Shown one piece after another: positions 63,978 through 64,000 of a stretch of 64,000 bases of DNA (position 1 is the first letter of the stretch; each line of letters starts with the position of its first letter). The notes under the pieces are model-generated. The model was not told where the DNA came from. It did not search any database and saw only the letters and a program-made list of their open reading frames with translations. This stretch comes from Azolla caroliniana (Eukaryota > Plantae > Polypodiophyta), in assembly GCA_043228905.1 (NCBI GenBank), contig JBHGNT010000010.1, positions 7,130,001 to 7,194,000 on the forward strand, given 5' to 3'. A program made the position numbers and the translations under genes.

Positions 63978-64000
63978 CTGGGCAGAGAAGGCTGAGCACA

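Overview
Plant nuclear DNA, probably from a non-seed plant such as a fern (inferred from the TE lineages, GA/CATA microsatellites and intron style). About 10.3-52.2 kb is a deep nest of transposons. It holds five degenerate Ty1/copia copies of one family (A, B, C, D, F), a sister element (I), an intact young Tork/Tnt1-like copia (E), a Tcn1/Tf1-like chromovirus (G), a second Ty3/gypsy family (H) with an LTR fragment and a solo LTR, a Tork-like solo LTR, and a 5.1-kb hAT element. At least three deletion junctions join these pieces. The left 10 kb holds decayed TEs, two hAT MITEs and a probable promoter/5'UTR. The right end holds two minus-strand genes: a 12-exon LACTB2-like metallo-beta-lactamase (534 aa) and a NOL11/Utp8-like gene. 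Three observations stand out. (1) The NOL11-like ORF is broken inside a 4-copy exonic tandem repeat, and every unit carries a CAG|GTAAG proto-splice site, so splicing between units restores the frame exactly (candidate intron birth by tandem duplication). (2) Element G combines a self-priming PBS, a -1 frameshift signal and tRNA-spaced Pol III A/B boxes in its LTR. (3) The copia family has two PPTs flanking an in-frame charged tail that contains relics of LTR starts. All calls were read by eye; no alignment or database search was run.
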